Shown here piece by piece: positions 35,221-48,942 of a DNA stretch of 64,000 nt. The number at the start of each line of letters is the position of its first letter. Positions within the stretch are counted from its first letter, which is position 1. The stretch is taken from positions 18,786,001-18,850,000 of the forward strand of contig OZ281497.1 in assembly GCA_965637545.1 (NCBI GenBank), given 5' to 3'. The position numbers and the translations under genes are program-made. The stretch is from Phallusia mammillata. Taxonomy: Eukaryota. The notes under the pieces are model-generated. The model worked only from the letters and a program-made list of their open reading frames with translations. It was not told the origin of the DNA and did no database searches.

Positions 35221-38200
35221 GAAATCGTGCGTTCATTGCAAGTGTTCAGTTCCAAGACACATCGCTCATCCATTGGAGTACGTTACTGACTCGCAACGTC
35301 ACAACAGCAGCAGTGAGACCGACGTCAATATGCCAGCCGCAATTGAACCAGCCAGAAATCAAACTCAGATGAACAATATCAAATCGATGGAAGTCGAGAA
35401 ATTGCCCCCACTACCAACTCACCGCACTAATGGAAACGATAACCGACCAAGAAGGCGTCAACCCCGGCGCCAGCCCCGCCACGTTCGGGGTTCTGACTCA
35501 GAAGAAGAAGCCGCCGTTGATAACAGATCCTCTTCGCTGCAAGAATATGCCTGGGTTCCACCAGATTTAACACCGGAGCAGGTACGTTTGTGCGTGTTTG
35601 TTTAAGCGATAATTTAAATGATAAATTAAAGCGGGTGCGATTTGGGTGGTGACCGATATCAAAGGTTAGCAAGGACACGAGTTTAGCTTCAATGCCTCTA
35701 AACTATCTTTGCGGATTTGTAAAAGACACTGTCACTTCAAAACTGATAGCGGTTTAGGACCACATATTTTTAAGAAGGATACAGTGTTGTAGTTTTAGTC
35801 CGAAAGCAGCGTTTATCGGCCATCAATCTTGGCACAGGGCGACATCTTCCCTGCAGAGAGCTTGTTGTCTGCTCGCATGTGCTGTTTCGGATTGTCGGTC
35901 TTCACTCAGACTAATGGATCTCAAGGCAAAAACGTCGAGTGCAGAAACTTTAGCTTAAGCATATGCGATCGAATCGCCGACAATAACCGCGATATTTGCC
36001 AGTGGAGCTTTTAACGTGAAATCGTCTGGGCCTGTAAATGTTCAGCGGGCCGTCAAGCCGCTGATGTCGGGATTATATGTTCCGTGTAGCGCGCCTTTGT
36101 CGGTGTTTGTCTTGGCCAAATCCCGACATCGAATTTGTGCCGCGCCACTTGACAAGCCAGGGCTCGGATCGCGCGGCCTTTGCCTTTGTTCTGCAACGCT
36201 ATTGCAACCCTGCAACGACACAAAACGGCCAGTTTACGTGCATGGCGGCACTCTCACCGGCGGCAGGATTTGACACTTACATGCCTTAAAGTGTTTTTAA
36301 TGGCCCTGAAAAGTCGTTTAAATGCCATTCGAAATGCCAATTCTCCGCAAGTGCGATCGCGGTGCTCCACTTTTGCTTGAGGTTTCTTATGCGCAGCAGG
36401 GGTTTCTGACGAAGTCGTTCGTCTTCATTAATTCCTATCGGAGGAATGTCCACGACCGTACATATGGTCACTCGAAATCTTTCCCACTTTGTGCTTAAAT
36501 TGCCCGTAGCCGCGAAGAAATCGGTCTAAAAAGGGGCAATATCTTATCAGGAAGGGTCGAAGCGCGGGCGTTTAAGTGCGCGTACAGGCTTTTTAAAACA
36601 ACGAAAACGTATTCGACAAATTTACGATTGCAATTGTGTTTTACCATAATGGCAAATTCAAATATTGCCGCTCTTATTGATCATATTTATGTGGCAAAAT
36701 CGATGGCGCCGCAATAAGATATCCGCTTATAGCTTGAATCGCCACTTGACCACAGTGCATGTCCGGTCTGTCAGGTAGATTTCGGACATAATGCTGTTAA
36801 TGTTCCCGGACGATTGTACGCTTAACATTCCCATCCATCTCACAGCGATCTCTATCTTGGTGCCAACACATCTAATCTTGTCGCTGCGATCGGCTGCGTC
36901 GCACCGCCTTGTCGCCTGGGTCGCACGTTCGTCAATAAACACAGCACAAACTGTACCGGCACCACGCCCTAGTATCAACCCTTAGTCGAATGAAATTCCG
37001 TGTAACAACTTTCGAACATCACACCTTACATATGTTTTGCTTTTATCACAAGTACACACTATTACAAGGTTTTCTTGATTTTCTATAGGTTCGCTTCTAT
37101 TTCAAAAACCTACCAGAGGAAAAGGTGCCATTGGTTGACAGCATTGGTGACAAATATCGAGTCCGACAATTGCTGCATCAGCTTCCTCCTCACGACGACA
37201 AGGTGAGTCTTTGTTATCTAACGGAAAAGCAGCGCTGATAGACCCATGTTAGCTTTGCCATCTAGGAACATTAGGCCACAATTAATCACATTTTGGAATC
37301 AGAATAAACAGCGATCACGCGGTTGGCGTGTAAACAGTCGCATCCCGATCCTCGTCGCCGGAAACGCGAAAAAATGGGGAGGAGGGGGTTCAATGTCCGC
37401 CCAATTATTCACGGCGGCCATAAATCACGCTCTCGTCCAAACCCGTCGACTACCGTAAATTTGCTCACAAAAATCGAATTGTACCAGAAGTCGCAATCAG
37501 CACGCGATCGAATATTCCTTTGCTGTGATAAAACGCGTTGCTTCTTAACACTGGTCCCACTATAACTGGAAACGCCGTAAAAGACAGCGACAGGCGACAC
37601 CTCGCCCGCGCACCAATGAACAAACACCAACGAAAGATGGACGGGAAATATTTCTCCTCCTGTGGCGAGTTTACATTCCCCCGCGCCGAGCCATCGAACC
37701 GCGCTTTGTCCCAATGCTGAAGGAATCAAACATTGTGATGGCAATCCATCTTTCACGCGCAGCATTCACTTAATCCCCGTAAAGTCACTCACTTCATATC
37801 AGGGATAATGGTCTATGGTTGCTTCCACGCCGAGAAACGATCGTAAGGGAGTGTGTGAGAGTTGCAGGTGCGCAACGGTTCGTGCCAAAGTCTTGATAGG
37901 TTTTGTGGTTGTGCAAGGGACTTCATTTTCGCATTGGCAGCTTTTTAGGTATCTCTTGCTCTGGGCGGTGTTTTAGCGCGTCAATCAATCAAACTGCTGC
38001 GAATCGACACCAGCTATAAGGACGATGTCGCGATGAGCGAAAAATATTGCCTTTGCGGGAGGGTGATGTCTTTCAACAACGAGCGTCTGTCGATGACGAT
38101 ATACGTGGGGAACACCGGTTTATACGCAAACTGAGAGTCAATTTGTCTAAAGCGATTCGTTCGCTCGTATAACTGTCAGGCCTCACATCTGCAAACGCAG

Positions 38201-41200
38201 CAAAACTGTCTTCGATGCCCTTTGCACGTTTGTCACTTGGTGGAGCACCGTAATTTGTAACGTCACAGTTGCTGTAAATTGCCACAGGTGTTTGCCTGCA
38301 CCGCGAATGGCAAATATTACGCTCGTCTGTTGCACCATAAATGTGCCCGTTGCTAAGTCGTCATCAGCCCGCGGCATGCCGGTTACGAGACCCTGTAACA
38401 TATATTGGGTAGGCATGACGTCGGAAGCTGTGGACTTATATTTCGCAATCGCTTTCTAACGTGACGGAATGCGACATTACACCCAAAACTCCCACATAAA
38501 TAAACTTTCGGTTCGCTTGTTCAAATTCGGCGCTTGTCGTGAAAGTAATTGTCGACCCGTAAACAGTGCGGGCAAATTTCATTGCCCCGGCGCGCTCATG
38601 GCTCACTGTCAAAGGGAATGCCGCGTTTGGAATTCCTAGTTTATGTCTGTCCTTGACAACCGCCGCAGTGAATGCGTGTAACATATCGTAAACACAGTGG
38701 CGACATACACACACAACGGCGGGTGGCTCTAAACCGATTGTATGTGGGGGAGCGTGTCGCTCTTGTCAGCATCAGGGATCTTCCATTCGCTGGCGCCTTG
38801 CTTCTCGTCGGGTGCCCACGCGGCGGACAGCAGGGGCGCTTATTGCGTTACACACGATTTTCGCGGCCTGTCCACGATGCAGGCGATGGGCGTGTTTACA
38901 AGACGGCGACGCACTGGAGACGCAATGCGACTGGCACCCAGGCCAGCGCTATTGGATGCTGGCAGTGAAGTTTAAGCCATGAGCGGAATGATAAGGGGAT
39001 TACGGCGAGTAATGAGATGCGCACCGTGCTCTGCGCAATGCAAGTGTTGTGTCGACAAACTAACGTTCGGTAACAATTACCATCGGTTGTAGGCGCGTCT
39101 CATTCACATCGGTCGCTGCATGTCGGTACACGGCTACACGCACTTTGCCTAACCGCATGTTCGCGCTTTCAGTCCGCTGTAGATCTGGCACCGAAACTTG
39201 ATCTGACCCCGGCGCCCCATAATATTGGCCTAAAGCCCGTACGCTGTCGTTGGTAATCCTTACGTAAGCACATACGTAATCCTCCGACATAAATTTGGCG
39301 GCCTGTGAAGCGTGCACGGCTCACGATGGAAGTATTAAGTTAAAAGTTGCCTTTCTGCATCCACATGAAAGACGTCTATCAACGGCTTATGTTGTTGTTG
39401 GTGCCGCTTAATAACATTTTTTGCGCTTGAAACAACACCGCGGCTTGTTTACCACAGCGCATTATGAATGCAAAGCATACCGCACATGCTCAATTACGGG
39501 CGGTGAGCAAGCGCAGAAAATTGCAACACTTCTCGGATTCCCGCTACGTATTACCATAATAAGCGCTGCGCTGGGTTTTGCCACCTCCAATCTTCGTTTC
39601 CCACCGAACATTTCTCATCTAACCTCCGCGCATGCGCCTTTATTCAAGCCGCCATACCTGGCCGGCGGTGCGTCAACGATTGAGGCTGCCGACCGACCCC
39701 AGAGACCGTGATTCTGCGATAAAGCGTTAGCCTTGGCGAAGAAAGGTCTGGTTCAAAGCGGAAGCCGAACCTTATTAAATTGTCGACGTGACACGATGAC
39801 GTCGTGGTTGTGCCCGTCCACTTGTCGCGAGCCAGTAATTAGCACCTTGTCTATTAAACAGTGTCGCCTCTTATTGTCCGAACAGCAATATGGCCGGGCC
39901 CGGTGCGTTGGAAGGTTTACGCCCTTTCTTGAAAACGGGATGATCTTGCAAAGCGCCAGTGCAGCTGCTCGTGTAATCGTCAAATAAGCACACATTCCCA
40001 GCTTGCGGGCGATATCGCCGGTAGGCGGGCACCATAAACGCCACCAGCATTCACCTGCTGCTGCGTTTCAATCCGCATTTTTATGCATTAACGAATAGCG
40101 ACATTCCACGCATGAATGGCAACCTCGCCAATGGGTGGCTCATCCGGCGGCAATCCGCTCCGGCTTGGCTCCATCCGCAGCGATTGACCTTTGAATAAAT
40201 AACAGCCGGACAAATCCTCGAAAACGCGCGCGCCATGCAAGGTGCGATGAGCTCTGTAAGCTTTTAAGAGCACCGGGCGGAAGCGGGCCTATTGGCCTGG
40301 GATCGAGCGTTTCTCAACAGCAGACTGTAAATTTTTACATTTAGCCGACTTCTAGTTTGGTTTTCATTTGTACAGGGTCGTTAAATTTTTCTTCCCGCCG
40401 CCTAACTGTGACGTCACAGCAGCGATGACGCGTTGGCGGCGCAGCAAGTAGCAATCAGCACACGTCACACCCTCCCCGGGGCGTGAAATCTGGCAATTGT
40501 CCTTTGTGACTTTGCCAGCGACTCGATTAATGTCGTGCAATTATCTCGAGCGCGCACCCGTAAAACGTGCTGACGATTATGCACGAAAGAAGTCTTGACG
40601 ACCCATTTCCACAATTCCACGCTCCACATAGGCCTAAGAGGGTTGCTAGATACGCGTTATGTTTCAACGGTATTTCCCGATACACCTGATGGTTGGTTTA
40701 TCGGTCTGACGAGTCTTCAGTCTCGCGATTTGAGTTTCAAGCAATTAGATCTCATTACTATCAGTCCCCGTCAATCAGGTGCTAAAAGTGAAATCGTTAC
40801 GTGTTGCGGTTTAGCCGCCTGAAATAGAACACACAATTTAAGTGCGAGAAATAATTAAAAGTAATCTGTCACAATTATTTTGACCATTAGAGCGAAATCC
40901 CCGCAAAGATTTAAGGTTAAAAGTGTACATACGGAAATTGTGTGACCTTTTGTACAAGACCAAGTGTGGCGAATGCACCGACGCGGCAATCCGGCTATTG
41001 CGAGTTGCCATTTAAGATCACCATTTGTCAAGCAGCCTAACCTGCTGTCACTGACGGAGACAAAGTCCAATTCGCGCGGCAGCTTTGAAAGCCGACGATA
41101 ATCAGTCATCAATATTCACGACATCATCACACGCTCGAGTGACCCTGCCTCCCGGGCCGCCGCCGCAGTGTCAATGAATTGATAAATTAATCCTCAATAT

Positions 41201-44200
41201 TTGCAATGGCATCTGTCATGTGTCTGCACGGATTTGTTGTCATCGACTGCTGTCGCGAGTATTGGGATAAGATGAGATAGCGTCACACTTGTACGCGCGG
41301 GGATTAGAATCGCTTCGAAATAGCACTCAGCCGCATCCTTCCTCCTGTTTACTCTTGTAGCTGAAGATTAACTTAGTTTTCGCGGAGGCAACATGTCCAC
41401 ATCCAATGTAATACATCTCGCGACGTCGGTGTCCAGCGCGCTAGATTACGATGGATGAGCGCAACCAAATTTCCACGATTTCTATTTTTACCAGGGCGTG
41501 GACACCTGCAGTGCGGAAGCCACGCCACGGGACGCACACTTTGCTGTGTACGACGTCATAATAGCGTTATGGGGGCGTTTTAGACAGGGGACGCGGGCCA
41601 ACGCACCGAACATGTCATGGTTCACATACCGCCCACGTGGCGAGGCCAGGGCGGTTTAGTTTGACGACTCCCTGCAAAGCTGGCGACAACGGCCTCGCGG
41701 ATTTGAGGTTATTTAAAGTCCTCGCACTTTCACAATAGATTTCTGTGGCGTGGCCTGTTTAAGTCGTCTCTTTTTGGCGAGTGACAGCCAAATTTGGAAA
41801 AACACTCATTTGTTTTCGACCACAATCTGTTTGTGTCGAGTCCTTGTGTGAGCAATGGAAAATTCCATTTCGCCTCGTGAACTTTCTTCGAACTCCCCAT
41901 AAAAAGTTGCAAGTTTAATCAATATTCCGTGTCCAGGTGTTCGCTAACGTATGCGCGAGTTTAATCCACCCGTGCTTGTTTTGGCGTCGCAATTAGCATT
42001 TAAGCCGATATGGAAGCAATTGAGCAATAATACGAACATGCGAAGCACAACATCCCGTGCCTCGCGCGCATTTATTTCCCGTACCGGGATTAATTTCTTT
42101 CGGCGGTCAAATGGAATCAACCGACGCGCAAGGTTTTGCACCATTGAGGGCGATTAAAACTTTCTCGAAGTCGCTCTCGCGCGTCTTTCGCCTTGCTTAA
42201 TGACAAATGGATTACCGGGCAGGTATTTATGCGAGAGTTTCTAAGCCGCCCCGATTTACGACGAAAAACCTGCTTACAGCCTGTGACCCGCGCACTGGCT
42301 TGGGTCATCGAGAAACGCCACGTTGCTGGAATGCCCGATGCCGAAGCAAGTTCAGCAGAGTAACTTGCTGGTGGCTTATCAGCGCGAGCTTGTGTCTTCT
42401 TGCAATTTGATCCGATTTGCTTGCGATGCCTGGCCCTTTCTCAATAGGCCTTGTAGCACGATTAAGCAAACTCTACCTACCAGTCGCAACGCTGAGTGCC
42501 TTGACATCGCCTTTAGGACACAAGTGATTGTAACGCAGCACACCAGCTTAGGTTCACGGGTTGCGGGCAGCAGAGCCAAAACTTTCACGGAGGAAATTAG
42601 AGTAGAAGAGTAGGTCACTGTTAATCGTAATGGCGGCAATTCACCGACTTTACTTTGAGTAAGAGCAGACGATTCTGATAGTGTTGGTAATTTTCGAGAT
42701 GATCTCATTGTGATCTCGTAACGTCGAGACAACGTCGGATACAGAGAGCGCTAAAAGTCGACTGGCTCGTTTTCAGATTGCCGTCAAGCAAGCCTTACGT
42801 AGATAAAGAGCTGAGATAAGAAAGATGTTGCTTAGCTTGCGCAACACCACATAGAAGAAACTCAGGATTATCTTTTAAAATTGGATCTGATTGCTGTGAC
42901 GATTACATTGTGCTCGTTGTTTATTCGCGGGAACTTTTGACTGTCGCATTGATCTCCACAGGCGCGCGGTTTAAGTGACTTATTCTGTTGTGTTTACGCG
43001 CACAAAGCACTTGCGTAAACAGGCCCGTGCAATTACACTGCACGTGCGCTATCGTGCTCCGCGGCTCTTCTTGTCGATCCGGTTCGCATTCCATCGTAAT
43101 GCATCCGGCTGGAGCTCATAATGCGTCATTGTGCCTGCAACCGCGCGGCGCGATTAGCCCAGCCCTTGTCGCATAGGCGATCAATTACGGCAAGGCCGCG
43201 ATAGAGGGGACGTGATGACATCTTGAACTATGGGACGAGGACTTCTGCGATCGAACGATATCGCAGCCTCTACACGTCTGTTCCAAGTTCTCGAGTTCGC
43301 GGATTATGAGTCATTTGGTCATTATCGGCACAGAAACTACAATGATTGAACGCGCATGCCGACATTCGCACCGTCGTGCCCGATCGTATCTCGCCCGAAT
43401 TAAGCGAATTGCGATATTGGATTTCAAACCGCAACGTCTCGAAGATAAACAACGTATCATTGTGAGCGCACTCGCATCCACTTTCATAAGATACCGCAGG
43501 AGAATAGTGATTTACTAAAATAGCGAACCTAATTGTTAATACTGCTTCCTATGTTTAGGTATGTTACTGTAACGGTCTCTCTGAAGAGGAGAAGCGGGAA
43601 CTGAAATTGTTCAGCGACCAACGGAAACGAGACTTCCTCGGCTGTGGAAAAGTCAGAGCACTTCCCTTAAATTATCCTGGCACCCCATGCTCCAAGGTAC
43701 GTTACGATGCAAGAGAAAAGTGAAAACTTAAAAAGAATCAAAATCATCACGTAGCAACCTCTTTTTACAGTGCGGATCCCTTGTGGAAGGTGGAGATATT
43801 GTGGTAGTCGCAGCTCGTGCTGAAGCTGGAATGTGCTGGCACCCGGCTTGTTTCTCCTGTACCGTTTGCCAAGAGCTTCTCGTCGACCTCTTCTACTTTT
43901 ACCAGGTGCGTAATTTTTAAGCAAAAAATCGTTTTTTAATCACAACATTTTTTTAATGATTAACATTTTTTATCCAGGAAGGAAACTTGTACTGCGGGCG
44001 CCACCACGCGGAAACCCTTAAACCTAGGTGCTCAGCGTGTGACGAGGTAAGACCACGGGCCAATTTGACTCGACTCTCCCGCAAACCTTTTCAATGCTAT
44101 ATGAAATTTGAACGCAACTTCCAATTTCAGATTATTTTCTCCGACGAATGCACTGAGGCTGAGGGCAGACACTGGCACATGGACCACTTCTGTTGCTTCG

Positions 44201-47200
44201 AGTGTGACACGGTCCTCGGCGGTCAGCGCTACATCATGCGCGACGGCAAGCCTAACTGTACGCAATGCTTCGAAGCTCTTTATGCCGAATACTGTGACAT
44301 GTGTGGAGACCTAATTGGTAAGTCTCCATCCCAAGTGTTACTATTTGTTGCAAGCTCAGTGGAAAATAGTCAGATGTTTTTCTAGGCTTGGATGCGGGTC
44401 AAATGCAGTACGAGGGTCAGCATTGGCATGCAACTGACAAGTGCTTCTGTTGCCATCGTTGCCGCAAGTCATTACTTGGAAGACCTTTCCTGCCTAAAAG
44501 CGGTCGAATTTTCTGTTCCAAGTCTTGCAGTCTCGGAGAGGATCCCTGTCACTCGGAATCCGACTCACAGGTTTGTGCAATTAAAAGTCAAATTGGTTAA
44601 TGTTCTGTAATTAATTCTGTATTAATACCTAGGAAGTTTTTGCACATGGGCATATATTTACAATGTTTGTTGTTATATTTACAGCATAGTTCGTCGCAGT
44701 ACGAGACCGCTCAAACGCCCAAATCTCACAATGTGCGCCACAGCCTCAACCTCGAAAACCTTGCTCAGCGGCAATCCATCGGAGACTCCAATGTTTTCAT
44801 GGAACTTGACAACTGTTCACCATTAGCAAATACCGAAACCGAACACATGCGTTACGCCGACCCCGCCCATCCCTACCTTGCCGTCGGGGCTTCACCAATC
44901 GGGAATTCGCCCACTACAGTGGCCACACCCCGCAAATCCAACGCTTCGAGCACAGAAGACGCAGTCATGTCGCCGAGTAGCACGGTTTCGTCGCGAACCA
45001 AAAACGGTGTACCTTTTCCGCAAGGACAGAACACGTACAACAGCACGGACAGTAGCGGCTACAACAGCAGTAGCACTTTGGACGCCATTGAACATCAAAA
45101 TAGCATGAAGATGAACGCCGGTGCCGCTTTTCATCCCAATATGTACCGCCCCTCTTCAAATGCTAAGGTGACGCGCCTCGACAAGGAGACCGAGGATGGT
45201 GGTCACGTGCCTGCCACAGAGTTTGTGCCGTTCCAGATGAATGCACACATGCGCAGCTCGCCGCCTATCATATCTGGTGCGCGAAAGATGTCTCCTGAAA
45301 TGCAGAAGACCATTGATGCGTTCGACAACCTATCAACGAGTGAGTCCCAACCTCCGATCAAGGTCGGATCAGCACTGGGAAACTCTTCTGCCCCTATTCC
45401 GGCGCCCAGAGCCCGCTACCCCGTCTCACATGTCCCGGTCCCGAGAAAACAGTCGCTAGATTCTGAAAATCCCTGGATGCGGAAAACAGACCTCCACGAG
45501 AGCCAGCGCACTTCTCCCCCACGAGAAAGTCCCAAATCTGCCGTGCAAAGAAAGGGAAGTGAAAGAATCAGCCACAAAAATCGCTGCCGAGACCCAATTA
45601 ACTCGTTTGAACTCTCCCCATCCGATGAAGGAAAAATTTTTGCTACTACAAACCAAGAAGGTAATTTTACTAAAACAATTACAGTCTAATTAATTTCATT
45701 TTCTCTATATAAACGTCGCTGTGTCATTGTAGACAAAGATGACGTCAACTCACTGCAATCAGATCTTGACAAACCGGGCAAAGAACTAAAAAGCATTTTA
45801 AAGAAAACTCATTCAGGCACCCGACACTGCCACGCTCCTCTATTCGGTTCAATGGACAGACTCGATTCTTTTTCCAGTAAGTACCGATGCATTTAGCTTC
45901 AGGTGTTAAGTTTGTAGCTGCATATTATATTGGGACTTTAAGTGTTTTGATTAGTTTATAAAGCTGGATGTTATTTTGCAGAAAAAGTCGAGTCCGATGA
46001 CGAAGATGACGCCACGGGTTTCGGCGACGCCCGCAACGATTTTTCCAGCTTTCAACGTGGAAAGAGACTCTCCGCAAGCGCACGTATGCATCCCTCGGAA
46101 CAAGGCGACCAAGCCAAAGAAAAGTAAGTAGTTTGTTCCGGTTTTCCTGCTATTGTCTTTCACTGTTGTGCAACGTAGCAGCACGAGATTTTAAAGTAGT
46201 AATTTGCTCTTGTGATAATTTGCTTGCATGCAAATCACAACACCCGCCGCATGATTCTATTTTGCACTTCACCACTAGATCGCAGCCTAGAGCACGATTC
46301 CAAGACAATTCTATGGCCCTCGGCCGAACTCACAGCGCTCTCAACCTTGATGAGATGAACGATGCCTTTCTACGGTTTGGTGGCCCCAAGCAGAAGACGT
46401 GCAGCAAAGCTAATTGGTTAGAACGAGTGATTTGCATGCGTAGTTTAAAGCACAATAATGCACGACACAATAATCAATTTGAATTGAATATACTTTTCTT
46501 GTCAGTCGATACTTAAAACTGTCTTTACATTCTATACTGTCAATCAATAATCTTAATCTTTCCACTTAACAGCACCAGCAAAACCTGCAGTAAGAAGTTA
46601 AAGCGAACACGCTCTACGGACTTTGCCTTTGAACGTCCCCCTCCCGGTGCGTCCAGAAAGAGCAGGAAACATCGGAGGTTTATTGAAGACGAGGAGGATG
46701 ACGGATGGTGCTCGACTTGCACGTCATCAAGTGACGACAGCGATTACGAGCGATGGGACCGATATGACGTCGGGTAAGTTTCAAGCTGTCGGCTACACTT
46801 TTCTTATAGCATTACAAGATTATGGATGTAAACTGGTTCTATTCTACGTATAATATGCTAAACGGTTACATCTTGTGTTTAGGAACAAAACACCACAGAG
46901 CCCCAACAGCATGGCGAGGCGACTCTCAGCGCCCAACAACAGTGTCCGCGTAAACGTAACCAAACCCCGTCACTCCCACCCTTTCCTCGGTGAGGGAGCC
47001 GAATTCAATGCCGGTTTTCTCACGCAATCGACGCATCGTCCCGGTATGCCCCGAAACTACTCCACCGCGTCCCATATGCGATACAGGTGTGTAGTAAAAA
47101 TTTTGCAGTTCAAAAAAAAGCCGGACTGTGGTGTAAAAAAGCGAAAAAAAACTTAGGCTGTTTTTGTTTTTAACTATATGATGAGTGAAATTAAACGTTA

Positions 47201-47252
47201 TTTTTGCGTTTGCAGACGGAAACAAGGGAAGAAGCATTGTATAGTGATGTGA
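35221..47252 (+). CDS. prickle: Prickle planar cell polarity protein, core 14 exons (PET domain, 3 LIM domains, C-terminal prickle motif, CAAX box)
   Basis: Exons 35221-35581, 37089-37202, 43559-43696, 43771-43905, 43978-44046, 44131-44317, 44386-44570, 44685-45660, 45733-45876, 45982-46123, 46279-46416, 46573-46773, 46883-47086 and 47216-47252 splice in frame through GT-AG introns. PET domain: [14 protein letters not shown]|[14 protein letters not shown]...[15 protein letters not shown]|[21 protein letters not shown] domains: [12 protein letters not shown]; [32 protein letters not shown]; [15 protein letters not shown]. Also contains [14 protein letters not shown] and ends [12 protein letters not shown]. 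An in-frame ATG (MPAAIEP) at 35330 could start a short isoform. Confidence 0.96.
41490..41660. promoter_or_regulatory. GC-box (Sp/KLF-like) cluster with E-box in prickle intron 4
   Basis: GGGCGTGG (41494), CCACGCC (41520), GGGGGCGT (41571), CCGCCC (41629), CACGTG (41634) and GGGCGG (41649) within about 165 bp. Confidence 0.3.
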
Positions 47253-48035
47253 TCGCTCATAGATCTGTCCATGACGTCAACCCCAGCATCATAAGTTCCT
47301 TATTTCGTTACTGGCCTCCGGCCTCTGTCGTTGCCCGCCGCGTACACCAACAAACAGCCTCATCTCTGTACAATATACCAACTTACGACCGACTGATCTA
47401 TAGCGGGCGACACTGTGCACACTCATCACAATGCGCTTTGGCAGCAAATTAACTTATTCTGCTCGCTGCCGATCGCACATTTGTGTGACTTCCACACAAA
47501 TCATCTGCCTGGATCATCTCGTTTTCATTATCCACCACCGCCACGTTTTGTGTGGAGTTTTGAGTAAAAAATCGCCTTTGCTCCACTTTTGTTTGACAGT
47601 CGTTTTTCGCTTTTATCTTTGCATGTTTTCTTCACTTGATAGCCATGACTTTTTGGCGCTAGTTTTATCTCTCAAAGTCCGAATTTCTATTTTGAGTATT
47701 TGGCGTCTAAAGTAAGTCAGCTCAACCAAACAATACGTATGTTGGCTGCTGTATGGCAATTTTTCATTCATTTTACCCGATTTTTCATTTGGCATTCCCC
47801 GTACGACCACTATCAGCGTGTTTGCTATTGTCAGATTCCATGTTTTTTTCTATCTTGCAGCGTTTTCATCAACCTTTTTTGTTTTAGTTTTTCTTTATTT
47901 TGTAAAAATCAGTTTTGAAGATTATATTTGCGTGCATTGTTTTCTGTTCAAAAGCTTTGCATATTCGCTCGCGACTGACCAATCAGAATTGTCGCATGTC
48001 ACGTGTTCACCGTTGATACAAAGCCTGAAACGATA

Positions 48036-48041
48036 AATAAA
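48036..48041 (+). terminator. Likely polyadenylation signal of prickle (about 800-nt U-rich 3' UTR)
   Basis: AATAAA at the end of a long T-rich stretch following the stop at 47252. Confidence 0.5.
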
Positions 48042-48942
48042 ATCTCTGCACCAAAACCATGCGATCAATCAGTCTTAATCTCCAAAGCCACATGAAGCTC
48101 GGTCAATCAGTAAAAGTTTAGAGGGCGAAGTCGAAAATGTGGATTAAAAGTGGAAAAGGTGGTTAGATGCAGCGGATAAAGCAGGTCGATACTTTGACCC
48201 TGTCTACACTTAAATTTGATACCTAAAAGTGATACAAGCTTGTGATCGATGGTTTCCAGACAGTCTAATCGGAAAGCTTTAAATAGATGTACATCGTGTA
48301 CAGCAGTTACATTATCTTAAAACATCAAACAATAAACACTATTATGTTTGGCGTTAATGGGTGGAGAGAAATGAGACAAGGAAAATTCAGCTGTTGTATT
48401 GGATCGCTTTTAACCGATGAGCAAATTCGGCTCAATTTTGGCAGGTATTTTTAAAAATTCCTATTGTTTTCAAATAGATTTCGCAGAAAAAACAACATGT
48501 TTTTCTATGTTGGTTGTTTGTGTCGTATCCGGGGATTTTTCGGTAGAGTACCATCCTACGATTTGTTGTCCCCAGTGTTTGATTTGAAACCTTATTTTGT
48601 CACGATCTTCAACATATCAATCTGTGAAATCGCTGAAGGTGGCCTAAGTCGTTGTCATAGGGTAACGCTCAGTCAAATGTACAAGGATCAAACCTACTGA
48701 TGAAACCTGAACGACTATGCATTAGCGACTTATCCAGGTAACGAGGTTAATGACGGCTTGTTGTTGATTATCATTTATCTTCTACTTTCTACCTCTAATG
48801 TACAGCTCTCTTTCAAAGTTTAAAGTGTGCAAGTCATGAGCCGACTTTCTGGTCTTGGAAATTACATAAAAACACAAATTTTGAAGAATAAAGGTATATT
48901 AGTTCAATTACCAGTTAGGTGAACATCTATTTGCTAAAAAAG

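Noticed and set aside
7625-43558. T-box (Brachyury-like) half sites such as AGGTGTGA at about 15988 and TCACACCT at about 37019
   Set aside because: Scattered and about as frequent as chance predicts; no cluster evident by eye.
48197-48304. Harbinger-like ends (ccctgtctacact ... tcgtgtacagc); similar gcctgtacacga at about 57368
   Set aside because: The ends are not a matching inverted pair and there is no target-site duplication.
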